Below are positions 23,931 to 36,888 of a stretch of DNA of 64,000 bases, piece after piece. The position numbers and the translations under genes were made by a program. Positions within the stretch are counted from its first letter, which is position 1. Each line of letters begins with the position of its first letter. This stretch comes from Lama guanicoe (taxonomy: Eukaryota): the NCBI GenBank assembly GCA_013239625.1, contig MU054323.1, forward strand, positions 20,543,082 to 20,607,081. The letters are read 5' to 3'. The notes below the pieces were generated by a model. It did not search any database, was not told the DNA's origin, and was given only the letters and a program-made list of their open reading frames with translations.

Positions 23931-26900
23931 ACCCCTGCTTATCCCTGCCTCTTAACTCCTCCCCGGAGTCCAGTCCAGCGCGTCCCCTCCCCAGAGGCTG
24001 CAGGGGGTGGTGGTCAAGGGCCCAGGCCAAGGAGCTGGCTGTCTGGTTCAGGCCCAGCTCCTCCCCCTTTTCGTGGGTGGAGTCTGGAGTGTGTTAGTTA
24101 GCCCCTCTGGACCCCACTTTCCTCAGCCCTGTCATCTGGATGGGGATCCAGTGGGGCTGGGCAGCCGCTGCTGCTCGCTCAGAGCTCTCATGTCCAGCCC
24201 CCTCTCTGAAGGCTGTCTTTAGCTCTGGCCAACCCACCCCCCACCCCCCGACAACCGGGGCCATCCTGTCCTGGCTGAATGCAAATCAATGGTACAACAC
24301 AAGGCAATTGTCTGTAGGGCCTGCGCCAAAAGGGCTTATGGGACCCAAGGCTGAGCAAGAAAATCCAGCCCTCTGGATGTCGCAGACCCCTCTTCAATGC
24401 AGTCGCCAGTGTGTACAAAGCCCTGTGCCAAGGACTCTGGAGCTCACTGCCCAGGCTCCCCCAGCCCACTCTGAACCCCCAGCCCTGACCCAGCACCCCC
24501 AGCACCTGCATCTACTGCACACTTGAGTGTACTCCATCTAAGACTTGTCCCAGGATCCCACTCAAAAATTTGGTTTCCCAGCTGGGCTGTAAACACCTCA
24601 AGAGCAAGTGTCTATTTTCCCCATCCGCCATCTCCCCTCCAGCCCAGACACAGGCCTAATGCAGACATCAGGCCCTCAAAACCTACTTGAAATGGACAGG
24701 GTTGGATTGGAGGCTTAAGTACAACTTTGGAGTTGCTGGTTGAAGATTTAGTCTTACCAGAAGTGGAAAAGGGAACAGTGTAGGGTGGGGTAGATGTGGA
24801 CTTGGATGCAAATGAATGCAAATCACTGTGCAATGATATGCAGATGTGCAATCTGGGTTTATGGGAAGGAGTCCCAGAACTTCAGAATCCTGGTCCTGTG
24901 AGCTCCACCCTCTGGGGGCTCCAGGTCGGCCAGAGATCTTGCAGCATGGTAGTGCAGGAGACGGCCCCTGCAAGGCTCTCTAGCATTGGTAGAAGCCATC
25001 TGGGGAGCTGCACCAACCTACCAGGGCAGCCTGGCCAACAGGAGATGTGTAAAGACAGTGGCCTGTCCTAGGGAAAGGCTGGAGGGTTAGCCAATGCTGG
25101 GGACCCCTGGTTTCTGGGGACACATCTGCGGTGACATTCTGAATGGGCAAGGCCCCATGTGGCAACCCCACCCCGGAGGCTCCATCTCCTTCAGGTAAAT
25201 CACAGAGGAGCTGAAGGGGAAGAGAGTGAGGACAGGACCAGAGAGGTGGGGTGAAGAGGGCTCGGCATCTGGGAATGTTCAGGGGGTCTGCAAGGCAGCC
25301 CAAAGCCAGGGTTCCCACAGCAGCAGGTGGGCATCCAGCAGGCCAGGCCGAACAGGGCTGGCACCAACTCTAGCGGAGTTGGAGATGCCAGCTCTCACCC
25401 GCCAGCCGGTCTGCCAGCTGGGGAAGCTTCATTAGAATTCCTCAGCCCTCCAACCCATTTCCTTCCTGGTGAACAGGACAGTTAATGGGCCCTGTCGCCT
25501 GCTGCCGGGGTGAGGTGGGCCGGGCTGACAGCTTCAGGCTGGGCTGGGGGAGGGGGTAACCTAACAAGCTCAGGAAGTGTGCCTCTCCCCGGCCTTGGCG
25601 CAAGGAACAGCCCCCAGTGTGACCCCAAATTTCCCCAAGTCAGAGACCATCTGCCTGTCCGTCTGTCTATCCATTCCCCCAGGGCCCAAGGAGCTGGTGA
25701 GTGTGGACAGACAGACACAGGCTGTGGGAAGCTTCAGTGATTAATGGGTGATGAAAACCAGACTCTGTCGGGATGGGGGTGGAAAGAGAGAGGCAGAGAG
25801 AGGCTGTGTGTTTCATGCTTGGCTCAGCTTTGAGCCCACAGCCCCGGGGAGGAGGGTGGAGGCAGCTGAGGGCAGTGCCTGGTCCCAGCCTTGACATCCC
25901 CGTCCTTGCAGCAGGTCCTGCTTCACTGATGCCCACCCGGCACCTCCTTCAGGCTCTGCCCCTTCAGAAGGCAGCCCTGTGAGAAACCAACTTAGCTCCC
26001 AATACCTAGGGACTTGCAGGGGCCATGAAATATCTCCCTCCCAGAACACCCCTAGGTCTCCACCTCCTGAGCAGGAAAGAACAGCCACCCACCACCTCCC
26101 ACCTCCATCCTTTATCCTCCTCCTTGCCGTGGGGCCCATGTCCCAGGGCCTGGACCCTGACACTCTTCTCGCCTCCTACCCCCAAAACACATGACAGCCC
26201 CATACTCTGTCTTCAGGACCCACACGGCTCAGTCCTCACTATGGAAACTCTCATAAATTTAAATCGAGCTGATTTTCCCAAGGAGATTCCTTGACAGCAA
26301 AACCTCCATCTAAGAGGATTTAGATCAAACCTCCAAACCTGCAAACACACAGTTGAGAGAAAGCAAGCAGGAGGGAGCCTCACACAACCATGTCTCATGT
26401 TTCCCACCAGACAGACCCCCGGAGGGACCTCGCACCCTCCTCCCCTGCCCCAAACCATCCCCCGCCGCCCCAGCCAGCCGGCCCTAGCCTGAGATTGCAC
26501 CATCAGTCCCCAGCGTGAGGGTCTGCCCTCCCTCCCAACAATGAACTGTGAGAGGCTCTCAGAGGCTTCCCGGCTGCGTATCCACCCCTGGGGCCCGGGG
26601 ATCTGGCCAGGCAGGGCCTGAAGAAGGAAACGGGATACAGAGAGAGGAAGTGGCTTTGAGAAGGTGGAGCACAAAGACAAACTCTGCTGACTGAAGACTC
26701 TTGCTGCTGGCTGACCAGGCCCGCCTGACACCAGAATGAGGATTATTTTCTAGTTGTCAAAAAAAAAAAGAAATTTCCGAGGTAGCTGTTGTGCTGTGGT
26801 AAGGCAGGCAGGCGATTAAAAAAGCAATATTTATTTCTTCCTTCTTGCCCGTCAGGCACCTGTGTGTATTTCTTGGCTCCTGTCCTATTGGAAGAAACTG

Positions 26901-27708
26901 AGGCTGGGATGCCTGCCCCCCATCCTGCCCTCAGAGGGTTAAGTGAAAGATCTGAGACCCTCCTAGGTCTGTCAGACACAAAACCCTCCTACTTTCTGAA
27001 GCCCCACCCTGCCAGGGGCTGTGGGGAGAGATCTGGACACCATCTGGGAAGAATCAGAGAAGATTTGAGAAAAGGCCTCACATGGGAATGAAAAAACCTT
27101 CATTGGGGCTTTTTAATCAATAAAGCATTAACGTAACCTTCTTCCTTGCAAACATTTCTGGATTCCCAGGGGTACCTAACTATGTGTCCAACAATTATTA
27201 AGAGAGCGAGTATAAAATTAAATACTCACCATCCCAACCAGTCAGAGACTGCTGTTTATGGGGGTGGGGAAGGGTGCAGCTGAACTTTATTGCTCCTTGC
27301 ATCCCAACTGCTGTCTCTTGCCTTGACAGAGCCCAGACTTGTCATCTGAGAAGAAGGGGGAGGGCGAGGTCACTGCCCTTCTCTGGTTTCCGCCCAGGGT
27401 TCCGTTTTTCTGCAGAGAACACAGAGCTGGGACAGCTCTGCAGCCTGCAGGCTGTGGTGTCAAAGAAGCTGCTGGGTGGTTCTCATAAAGGGGAGTGTAA
27501 GATGCAGCCCACCCCTCTCCCTCCTGAATGGGAAGACAAGACACCCTTGGCCAAGGCGGAGTGCCTGCAGTCCACGTGTGCCCGTTCAGCTGGGCCCAGG
27601 CCTGAGCCCCAGCCTGGACACGTGCACCCAGCCTGCCCCCATCTGCAAAGGAGGAGTCATCAGATCCTCCTCACAAACCTTCTTGGGATGAAACAAAGGA
27701 AGTGGAAG

Positions 27709-28334
27709 TGTATTCATTCTCTGTTGCTGTACAACAGATTACCACAAAGTTAGCAGCTTTAAACCACACCCATTTATTATCTCAGTTCTGTGGATCAGAA
27801 GTCCAGGGCTCAGCTGGACTCTCTGCTCTGGGTCCTACAAGGCCAAAATCAAGGTGTGGACTGGCTGGGCTCCTGTCTGGAAGTCTGGGAAAGAAACTGT
27901 TTCCAAGCTCATTTGGATTGTAGCAGCACTCTGCTCCTGTGGTTGTAGGACTGAGGTGCTGTTTTCTTGCCGGTCATTAGCTGGGGGTCCCTCTCAGCTC
28001 CTAGAAGCTTCTTCCTCTTAGGCCCCTTCCACATGGTCCCTCCATCTTCAAGTCATCAGAGGTACATGGAATCCCCCTCTATGCTTCAAATCTATGACTT
28101 CCTCTCCTGCCGCCACCAGTCAGGGGAAACTCTCTGCTCATGTGATCAGATCAGGCACACCCACCAGAGACCCTTCCTTTTGATTAACTCAGAGTTGACT
28201 GATTCTTAGCCTTAATTTGGTTTTTTAAATCCCTTGGCCATATAACATTACAGAATCAGGGGCTTGATAGCTCATCATATTCAGGGATTAGGACGGGAAA
28301 TCTCAGAGGGCCATATTTTGAATTCTGCCTACAC
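27709..28334 (-). mobile_element. MaLR MLT1 solo LTR
   Basis: TGTATTCATTCTCTGTTGCTGTACAACAGATTACCACAAAGTTAGCAGCTTTAAAC...GAATTCTGCCTAC. Confidence 0.85.
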
Positions 28335-28379
28335 GCAGGAAGAAAAAGCACTCTGGCGTTTTTGTCTAAATGCTGGACT

Positions 28380-28568
28380 GCTTGGTAGGGCGCTGTACAG
28401 CTCAGTGGTAGAGAGAGTGCTTAGCATGCGTGAGGTCTTGGCTTCAATCCCCAGTACCTCCATTAAGAAGTAAATAAATGCATAAGCAAACCTAATTACC
28501 TGCCCCCACAAAAAACCAAAAACAAACAAAAAAGTGCACTATATGTCGATAGAAATAAATAAATAAAC
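28380..28568 (+). mobile_element. tRNA-Ala-derived SINE (camelid Vic-1-like) with a 12-bp TSD
   Basis: A box CAGCTCAGTGGT; CTTAGCATG; B box GCTTCAATCCC; AAACCTAATTACC body; A-rich tail; TSD AAATGCTGGACT at 28368-28379 and 28569-28580. Confidence 0.9.
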
Positions 28569-28984
28569 AAATGCTGGACTAGGCCCTTATCACAAGGCTT
28601 CCTTCCCTCTGCCCGAGGTGCTCAGAGGTAAGGGTGGCCCTGGGCTGGGTGGCTGCCTAGGAACCCCCGGTCCTCTCCTCATCCTCTTGGGACAGACTCT
28701 GGGGCTTTTCAAGACCTGAGGGGGGCGTCGTGCTTCAGGACTGATGGGGCCCCGCTCCTGTTAATCACCTGCCCTCTTCCAGAGCTGCAGCCACCCCACC
28801 CAACTCTCTGCTGGGCTCTGCCCTTCCCTTCACACTCTCTGCTCTGCACCGTTTGTGTGACCTCTGGCGGCAGTCTACACTCGCCTCCTCTCTGCCCACT
28901 AGAATCTGGCCCTCACCAGTACCTCCCCCCTCAATCTCCTCTCTCCCTATACCAGTGGACATCTTCCAAGCTGTATTTCCCAGG

Positions 28985-29090
28985 CCTTCCTGTGAGCGCA
29001 GGGTTGGATTCCATCTTGTACCCTGTTGTATTGCCAACAGCCGGCCCAGTGCCAGGAACGTAGCAGACACTCAGCAAACATTTGTTGCGG
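28985..29090 (+). mobile_element. L2 3' end
   Basis: CCCAGTGCCAGGAACGTAGCAGACACTCAGCAAACATTTGTTG. Confidence 0.6.
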
Positions 29091-30204
29091 TTTCTCTGGG
29101 TTCATGTATCTGTGGGGTCTGTTCGCTAAAGTGCTTCTCTCTCTGCCCTGGTCCAAACATATGTCACCACCCACCCCTGCAGCACGTGAAGCCCTTGGTC
29201 ACGCTTTCCTGTCCTGAGGGCAACAGAAGCTAGGGGCTGAGTGTGTTGGTCCCTCAGGATGAAAGGCTCCACTAACTCTGTTCTGTCTCACTCCTTACAG
29301 CACACACAAACCCACCCACCAGAGACTCTGAATTCCCTACGGCCCATGGCTGGGGAGCAAGAGTCGCCACCCCCAGCCTTCCTCCCCTCGCCCTCCGTGG
29401 GGCTGGGCTCAGCCATCTCTCTAGGAGTTGACTTGTGCTGGCCTTAATCTTTTTTCATTCCATCCCTGAATTGGGGCCCATGTTCTCATCCCCCTGGGAC
29501 CCACCCACTTCCTCCTGGGAGTCCGGCCCGAGGACAGTGTGGTTTAAAGAATGTTCTAATCCCAGCCCCAAAGCTCAGAGAGAAAAAAATGACTAAAAGC
29601 CCTGGAATGTGGAGCCTGCTGCTTCCTGCAAAGCGTTTTGAATGAAACACGTAACCAACAGCTGCAGCACAGAGAATGGAAACTCTGAGGGACGTCATGG
29701 CTCCAGGTCCTCAAATAGCAGGCTTGTGAGCAGAACAAGCTCTTTATTTCGGCCCAGCCCGGACGCCCTCGGCGCCCGCCCCTCGCAGCTCTCCTTCCAG
29801 GAACCGGGCCCATGGTGCCAAGGACACTCTCCTGTTGTTCACTTATTCCCAGTACCCTGCAGCCCCGCCAAGCCTCCAGCTTTTTGTCGGGGGTAGTAAG
29901 ACCCTCTCGCCATTCACCAGCCCCCAAGGGCATTTAGGACCCCATGGCCCAGCCACTCCATCCACTCAGGAGCAGAAGGTCAGCCCATGTCCCAGCTCAG
30001 TCCTCACCCTGGAACCAGCTCCAGGCCAAGCCTGGCAGGGGCAGCCGGCTCATGCCAAGCTCTAGGATAACGTCACCCAAGGCTGCTCTCCTGGTGGACT
30101 TGGGGGCGAAAGGGGAAGGAAAGACAGTCCCATCGGGGGACAAAATGCCTGAGAGTTAAGAAATTCCTAAAGATCACTCCTGAGTGAAGGGAGGACCCAC
30201 TAAC

Positions 30205-30795
30205 ATTTTTTCAACTTCTTTATTAAAATATAATATACAGGCAGCGAAGCACCTCCATCTTTTTTTGAACTGAAGTACAGTTGATTTACAATGCTGTGTT
30301 AGTTTCTGGTGTACAGCATAGTGATTCAGTTATACGTATATATATTCTTTTTCATTATAGCTATTGCATGAGGCATCTCAGAGCACCAGGCCTAAGAGGA
30401 GAAGGTTCCGGAGAAAAAGAATGACGGAGTTCATTCATTACAAGTTATTGAATATAGTTCCCTGTGCAAAGTGCATTCATCTTAAACGGTACAGCTTGAT
30501 AAATGTTATATATGCATACATCACCTGGATCAAAACATAGAGTATTTCAAATACTCCAGAAGTTTCCCTAGAGCCCCTTCACAGTCACTATCCACTCCCT
30601 TGTGGTAACCACTCTTAGAAATTTCTGTCTCTTACCATCAGTTAATTTTGCCCCTTTGGGGACTCCATTTAAGGGGAATCACAAATAGTATTCGCTCTTG
30701 CCATGGGTGTGTTTTGCTCCGCATCATGTCTGAGATTCACCCACATGTAGATGCACTCACAGCTCTACGCCCCTTTGTGTACTCTGAGTGGTGTA
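30205..30795 (-). mobile_element. Old L1ME-like 3' end interrupted by a younger L1 3' tail (30259-30467)
   Basis: Young tail: T-run then GAAGTACAGTTGATTTACAATG...TTGAATATAGTTCCCTGTGC. The old element resumes AAAGTGCATTCATCTTAAA...GTAACCACTCTT. Confidence 0.8.
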
Positions 30796-31274
30796 CAGAA
30801 GACAGCATGTTGACTTTTTGCACCGAAGCCTTGATCTTGGGCCCTTTTTGGAGATAAGGAAGTCGGTTAAATCAGCAGTTCACTGTCCCGCAGTCCGGAC
30901 TTGGAGGAACAGGAAATCAAACCCAGATGGACTCCAGAGCTGACTGCCTCTTCTTCCCTCTTACACAAATACAAGAAGACCTGCTCCCACTGTACCAAGA
31001 AGCTGGAAAACGCTGCCTTAGAGATGCTCGGGCTGGGATCTCCTCACAAAGGAAACTTTCATTTCAGGCTTTTGTGCACCCAAGAGTCTGGCATGAGCCC
31101 CCACTTTACTTTAGCCCCACTAGTCGCTGGCCGATATAGGTAAGGCCGAGGCAGAGGGGTAAGCTGTGGGCTGAGAAGAGCAGGTTTGGGAGGAAAAAAA
31201 CGAAGAGGTTCATTCACTTAGACAGCAATATTTATTGAGTACTTACTGTATGCCAGGCACCACCCTGGGCACTT

Positions 31275-31865
31275 ACTTTTTGGTTATCCACTGCTATGTA
31301 ACAAGCCACTCTAAAACGCAGTGGCTTAAAATGAACAACAAACACTTCTCATCTCTCAAGATTTTATACGTTAACTGGGCAGTTCTCCCACTGATCTCAC
31401 TGGGAGTCTCTCGTGCTGCTGCAACCAGATGGCAGCTGGGACGGCCGTCATCTGGGCATCTGACTAGGCTGGCTGAGTCAAGATGGCAGATTCTTGTGTC
31501 TGGCATCCTGGCAAGGACCCTAGAACGCTGGGCTCAGCTGGGACTCTAGGATTGTTGGGGATTCCTTCTCTTTCCATCTATTCTCAGGGTTGCTCCATCT
31601 CCAGATGGTCTTTCCAGGTCTCCTCTCCAGGTGGATTTCTGCATCAGGATATCCAGACTTCTTACATGACAGCCCAGGGCTCCCCAGAGCGCACAACTGG
31701 AAGCTCCTAAGCCCCATTAAAGCTCAGGCCCCCACTGATTCAGCACCACTTTAGCCATATTCTACAGTAAAGGTGAGTGGCAATCCCAGGCCAGATTCAC
31801 TGCGAGAGGAAACTCTGCAAGACAATGAATATAAGGAAGCACCATCTTTGGAGACCAGCTACTAC
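31275..31865 (-). mobile_element. MaLR MLT1 solo LTR (preceded by an L2 fragment at 31210-31270)
   Basis: GTTATCCACTGCTATGTAACAAGCCACTCTAAAACGCAGTGGCTTAAAA...CAGACTTCTTACATGACAGC. Confidence 0.8.
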
Positions 31866-32144
31866 TTCAGAAAGTTTTTTTTTTCTTTTTCACTTATTCA
31901 ACAAATATTCACCGTCAGGTAAACAGTTCCTTCTTGAATGCAGTAAACTTAAACTAAATATCCCTTTTGTTTGATTCACAGTTATCATTCAGGCTAATAG
32001 CCACTGAGAAGCTCTGTAAAGGATAAGTGTTAGGTTCACACCACACCCCAGGCTTAGTGCTTCATAAATGTTAACTCATTTACTTCTTACTCATTTACTT
32101 TGCTTTGAAGTAGGTATTATCATCAGCTCTATTTATAGATAATG

Positions 32145-34693
32145 GTATAAAGGTTATCTATTGTTGAGTTACAAAACATCCTAAAAGTTAGTGGCTTAAA
32201 AAAAAACAAAACCGATAGTTTATTACCATTCCCAGAGTCTGTGGGACTCTGTGCAAGTAACTCAGCTGGGCAGTTCTGGCTTGGGGTCTCATGTGGTCAT
32301 GGTCAGACCGCGCCTGAGGCTAGGATAGTCTTAAAGGCTTCCTCATTCACATATCTGGCACCTGGGCTGGGAGGATGCAAACAAGTGGAGGCTGGAAAAG
32401 TAGGGGTCCTGAGGCATCTCTGTCTCTATATGACCTCCCCTCATCATCTCTCCAAATAGCACGTTTGGAATAGCTGGACATCTTCCATGGCAACTCAGAA
32501 TTCCAAAGGCATGTGTCCTGAGAGCAAGGCAGAAGCTGTGATGCCTTCCCTAACCTAGCTTTGCAAGCCATGCCATGCCATTTCTACCATATTGTATTTC
32601 TTAAGGCAGTTGCAAAGGCTTATCTTGATATGGAAGAGGGGATATCACTTCCATTTCTTGACAGGAAATGTGTGAACAGATTTGAACCATGTTTAAAATC
32701 ACCACAGGCTATCCTCTGCCCACCAATTAATTTCGCTCCTTTCACATGCAAAATATACTCACTTGCTTCCAATGATCCCCCAAAGTTTCCTCTATTATGG
32801 CATCAAGTTCAGGCTAGAGGTCTAGGATATTGTCATCAAACTTACGCAACTAAGGAAGAGGGTCCTCAGAGGCAATTCCTCAGGCACAGCTCCTTGAGTA
32901 CTCTTTCTCTTTATCCAAAGACTTGTCAACTACAGAGACAAGTTATCTCACCCCTGTACGTCCAGTACACAATGATGGAATGGGCATAAGATAAACGTTC
33001 CCATTCTAGATGTAGGGAGAGGGAGGCACGCAGTATCACTATTCCATAGCAATTTTGAGATCCAGCCAGGAATATATTGCCAATTTCTTGATTAGAGTTC
33101 AGTCTACTGCCTAGGAATATTTCTCTGTGGTTCTTGGATCTATCCTCTGGGCTCTTGGTTCTACGTTCTTAACCTTCCTTTTTTTTTTTTCATTCTATTT
33201 AAAATATAGCTGTTTTCTGTAGCTAAGAAATTTTCTCAGCTTTCTTCCTTCCCACACAATTTAGGTGCCCAAACTCCAAAAAATATTGCAGGTGGCTCAT
33301 TTTGTTCTACTCTGTCCCTTTTAGTCCAAGCTGACAGTGCTTCTGCCAATATAATTCTATTTAAAACTGTGGGTTTCCTACGGATCCTGTTGAGGTTCAC
33401 TCCATTGGTCGAAAGCTACACCACAAATCTCACCAAGATCAGCCTTTCTGTACCTAGAACATGTTTAGCGTGACTGTAGAAGGATAATCCCTTTAAGATT
33501 CTCAGGAGCCCTGCTGTTTAATGAAGAGACTCCGCTGAGGCACATTCTTGAAATCCTTAGAGGCCCTTTGTCCATCTGGAAGATTTTGTGAAGCATTAGA
33601 TCTTTCTGAGGTTTTAACAAAGGTTCTTATAGTCCAACTCTGGATTTTGTCTCTGTCCTGAAGCCCTTTCATACGTCGAGGTTTTTGTTTTTGTTTTTGT
33701 TTGCTATCTAGGAAGTCTGAAAATGTGAAACAAGATTTACTTTCAAACCCAACAAATCTCTGGCTTTTTTCTATTTCCTATAAATTTTGCTTACAAATTA
33801 AAGTGTCCTTTTAAACTCATCTTTCTCTATCTTTATCATATGCAGCTAAAATAATCCAATTGGCACTTTCAACATTCTCCTTAAAAATCTCCTTTGCTCA
33901 AATCATTGGCTTATTAGGTACATTTTCTATTTGTCCACATCACTTTGAGTAATGTTGCTAAATTTTCCTCCAGCACATGATAAAGATCCCATTTCCTGCT
34001 GCTTCTAATAACATTTTCCTCACCTACCTTTAAGGCCTCACCAGTAGCCTCCTTGAGGGCCATCAGGCTTCCACTAACAATATCTTCAAAACCTTTACCA
34101 TTTCTGCCCACCTCCCAGTCCTAAGCCACAGATTAGATCTTGTGATGGTGGCTCTCCAGGTGTAGGTCACAAAAAGTCTGCATCAGCTATCTATTGCATT
34201 GTAACAAACCAATCCTGCATCATGTCTTAAAACAATAACAATTATTTATTTAGCTCACAAAGTTGAGAGTTGACTGGGAGTCAGCCAGGCAGTTTCCGGT
34301 CAGTTGGTAGCTGGCGCTGGGGTTAACTCAAATGCTTCTTCATTTGCATGCGGGATGTAGGCTAGGAGACTCAAACAGCTTGGGGCTAAATGCCTGGGGC
34401 TCCCCGGGCATCTCTTTCTTTGAATCTGCTGCCTCTACAAGGCAGCCTCCACGTGGCTGGATTTCTTTCACAGTGGTTGAAGGCTCCCATCATGATTGTC
34501 CCAAAATGAACCATCAGAAACCGAATGGTCTTTTCTAACCTAGACTTGGAAATTCAGTGTCACTGTCTGCTGCATTCTGTATGTCTGGGCACTCTCAAAA
34601 ATCCCCACCCAGGCTTAAGTGGAAAGGCCTTAGACTCCAATATTTGATGGGAGGGGAGTTAGAGGATTGTGGATATGTTTTAAAACCATCACA
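32145..34693 (-). mobile_element. Two-LTR MaLR (MLT1) element: LTR 32145-32706, internal 32707-34178, LTR 34179-34693; inserted in a MIR
   Basis: The LTRs begin (G/C)TATCTATTG and end TTTAAAA(T/C)CA(C/T)CACA; the internal part has CACATGCAAAATATACTCAC and the remnant ORF 33914-34111; MIR halves lie at ~32060-32140 and 34694-34780. Confidence 0.8.
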
Positions 34694-35438
34694 AGAAGTC
34701 AAGTAACAGGTCCAAGGTCATACAGCTGGAAAGTAACAGAATTGAGATTTGAACCCACACCTTTAACTGCTAGTCTACACTGTCTCTTATATATGTGGAC
34801 ACAGGGGTAGATGGTACCTGATGTACAGGTAGGTGGGTCCTCTGTCTTGGGAAAGCTCCTGACTTGATTTTCTATACTCAGTATTCTCTCAGAAAGGTGG
34901 CGGGACTCATGAGCTGCGGGAGAATGAATTAGCGAATCAGCATTGGAGCAGCCTCCTCTCAAGGCATTTTCTCCTCCTTGAGATCATTTTCTCCTCATGG
35001 CCATCAGTGCCTTGGTTGTGGTTTCCATGTCACTCTCACCACGACCTGAGACACCTTCTTGTTGACTTGCTCTCATGTGCCTGCCCTCATCTTCTCACTA
35101 GGTGTGTTCACATCGGGGAAGGGGTAGAGTCCCTTGACATTTCAAGAATATCTGCCAGACCATTTGGTGGAAAGCTTCCTCTAAAGCCTGTAGACTATTC
35201 ATCAGAAGATGAAGCTTTTGACTTTACCAGGCCATGGAGTTTTCCTAAGTTTCTTTTAAGGCTTGACTTTCAACAGATTTCAAAGATTAAAAATTACATC
35301 TTTATGAGCATTGAAGTCCTGGATAGAGCCTGCATGATAAACCAACATTTCTAGTAAATCTTGTCTGGAGTAATGTTTCATATTCTGAATGGCGCTTCGA
35401 TGCAGAGGACAAATCAGCCGGGAAACAAGTGGTGGTCA

Positions 35439-35625
35439 GGCAGGGCTGCCATGAATGGTTATGCGGTCTGTGCACTGCACAAAGGGGCCTGGCCAAGGAA
35501 ATGAGTGGAATGGGACCCAAAACCCAACCCCACATTCCATTGGTCAAACCTTCCACCTGGGTGAGAAACTGTGTCTGCCTGGAGGAAAAAACAGCTTTTT
35601 CTAATTTGTCTGCCCAGAGGGGCAC
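35439..35625. mobile_element. MER91-like hAT-Tip100 MITE
   Basis: CAGGGCTGCCATGAATGGTTATGCGGTCTGTGCACTGCACAAAGGGGCC. Confidence 0.6.
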
Positions 35626-36739
35626 CTTTTTTCTAATTCAACAAAGATACTACGTGTACAAGCAGCAGCACCGTGGCGGAGGCTGGAAGATGTCATAAAA
35701 CATTATATTTACCTACTCCATAAGATGAGTAACAAACCAGTGCTGGCAAATAATAATAACAAATTTAATAAATTTATTAAATTTCAAGAAAGGGTTGAAC
35801 AAGTGAGCCTCAGTAAAGGCTGGGACCAGGGAAATTCCAAGGACTTAAGCATCTGGAGTCAATGAATGTCCTCCCTAGAACACTTCCATTAAAGCAGCCC
35901 CATTCCAACAGCTCCCAGAATTCCAGAATTCTGAGAGAAAGAATATGATTGGCCCAGATCAGTTCGGCCATTCCCTCCACACCCATCAGCTATTATGGGG
36001 GAGCGGTGGGGGTGGGGGAGTCATCTCCTATAGAACCTATACCATAGGTTCAACAGCTGAGCCCCTCACCATCAGTGTCAGGCTGGTGCCCAGAGCCCAG
36101 GCCCTTATCTTGAGCTGTGCAGCCCTCCAAGAGGTGCCTACAGCAATTCTGTATAATTGTCTAGGATTTGTCATCCCCAGGAAGGCCAATAGCTGATCGA
36201 TAGTCTTCCTGCAATGTCCTGAGAGGCTAATCTGGTCCAACCAGTCAAAAAAAAAAAAAAATTCCTGTTCAGCCATTTGGTTTCACTCTATACACAGCAG
36301 GCAATGACATTTTCCATTCATCAAAGATCTTATTTATGAGTGCTTTTAGCATCAGTGGAAAGACGGCTCTTTATATTCTGCTCCTTGTTGGGACTTTTGT
36401 CCCTGACAGTCCACTGAACTCCATAAAACTACTCAGAGGCCAACCTGTGACCAGAAATGAATTCTGGCAAAAGTCACAAAATTAGTTTGCAGTGTCTTGA
36501 TTAGAAACCTCTCAAAATATTTTTTTAAACTATGACACATTTGAAAATAATCTAACAGAACCTCACATAGCCACTCCCCAGATGTCAACAATTTGCCATT
36601 TTGCTTCAGGTTTCCTTATCTTTTTTAAAGAAATAAAACATTACAGCCACAGCTACATCCCTGCCGCATATCCTTCCTCCCCTCTTTGTATGGATATGAG
36701 TGCCGTCCTGAAGCCTGATGTATCTTTAGTTTCGTATCT

Positions 36740-36885
36740 ATATGAGATGATGCACATTCACTAAACTTACTGTGATAATCATCTCATAATGTAAGTCAAA
36801 TCATTATGCTGTACTTTTATGTAAATTTATATAGTCGCATATGTCAGTTATATCTCAATAAAATTGGAAGAAAAAAAAAGGAAAG
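36740..36885 (+). mobile_element. L1 3' tail
   Basis: CTAAACTTACTGTGATAATCAT...CAAATCATTATGCTGTAC...TATATCTCAATAAAATTGGAAGAAAAAAAAAG. Confidence 0.8.
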
Positions 36886-36888
36886 AAA

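Noticed and set aside
28390..28460. Possible tRNA-Ala gene (similar sequence at 39721 and ~50010-50077)
   Set aside because: The tRNA-like head is followed by a SINE body and A-rich tail (with a TSD at 28368/28569) and lacks a good acceptor stem; these are SINEs
33914..34111. Short ORFs with protein-like composition (also 49567-49806)
   Set aside because: They are decayed MaLR internal ORF remnants, not host genes
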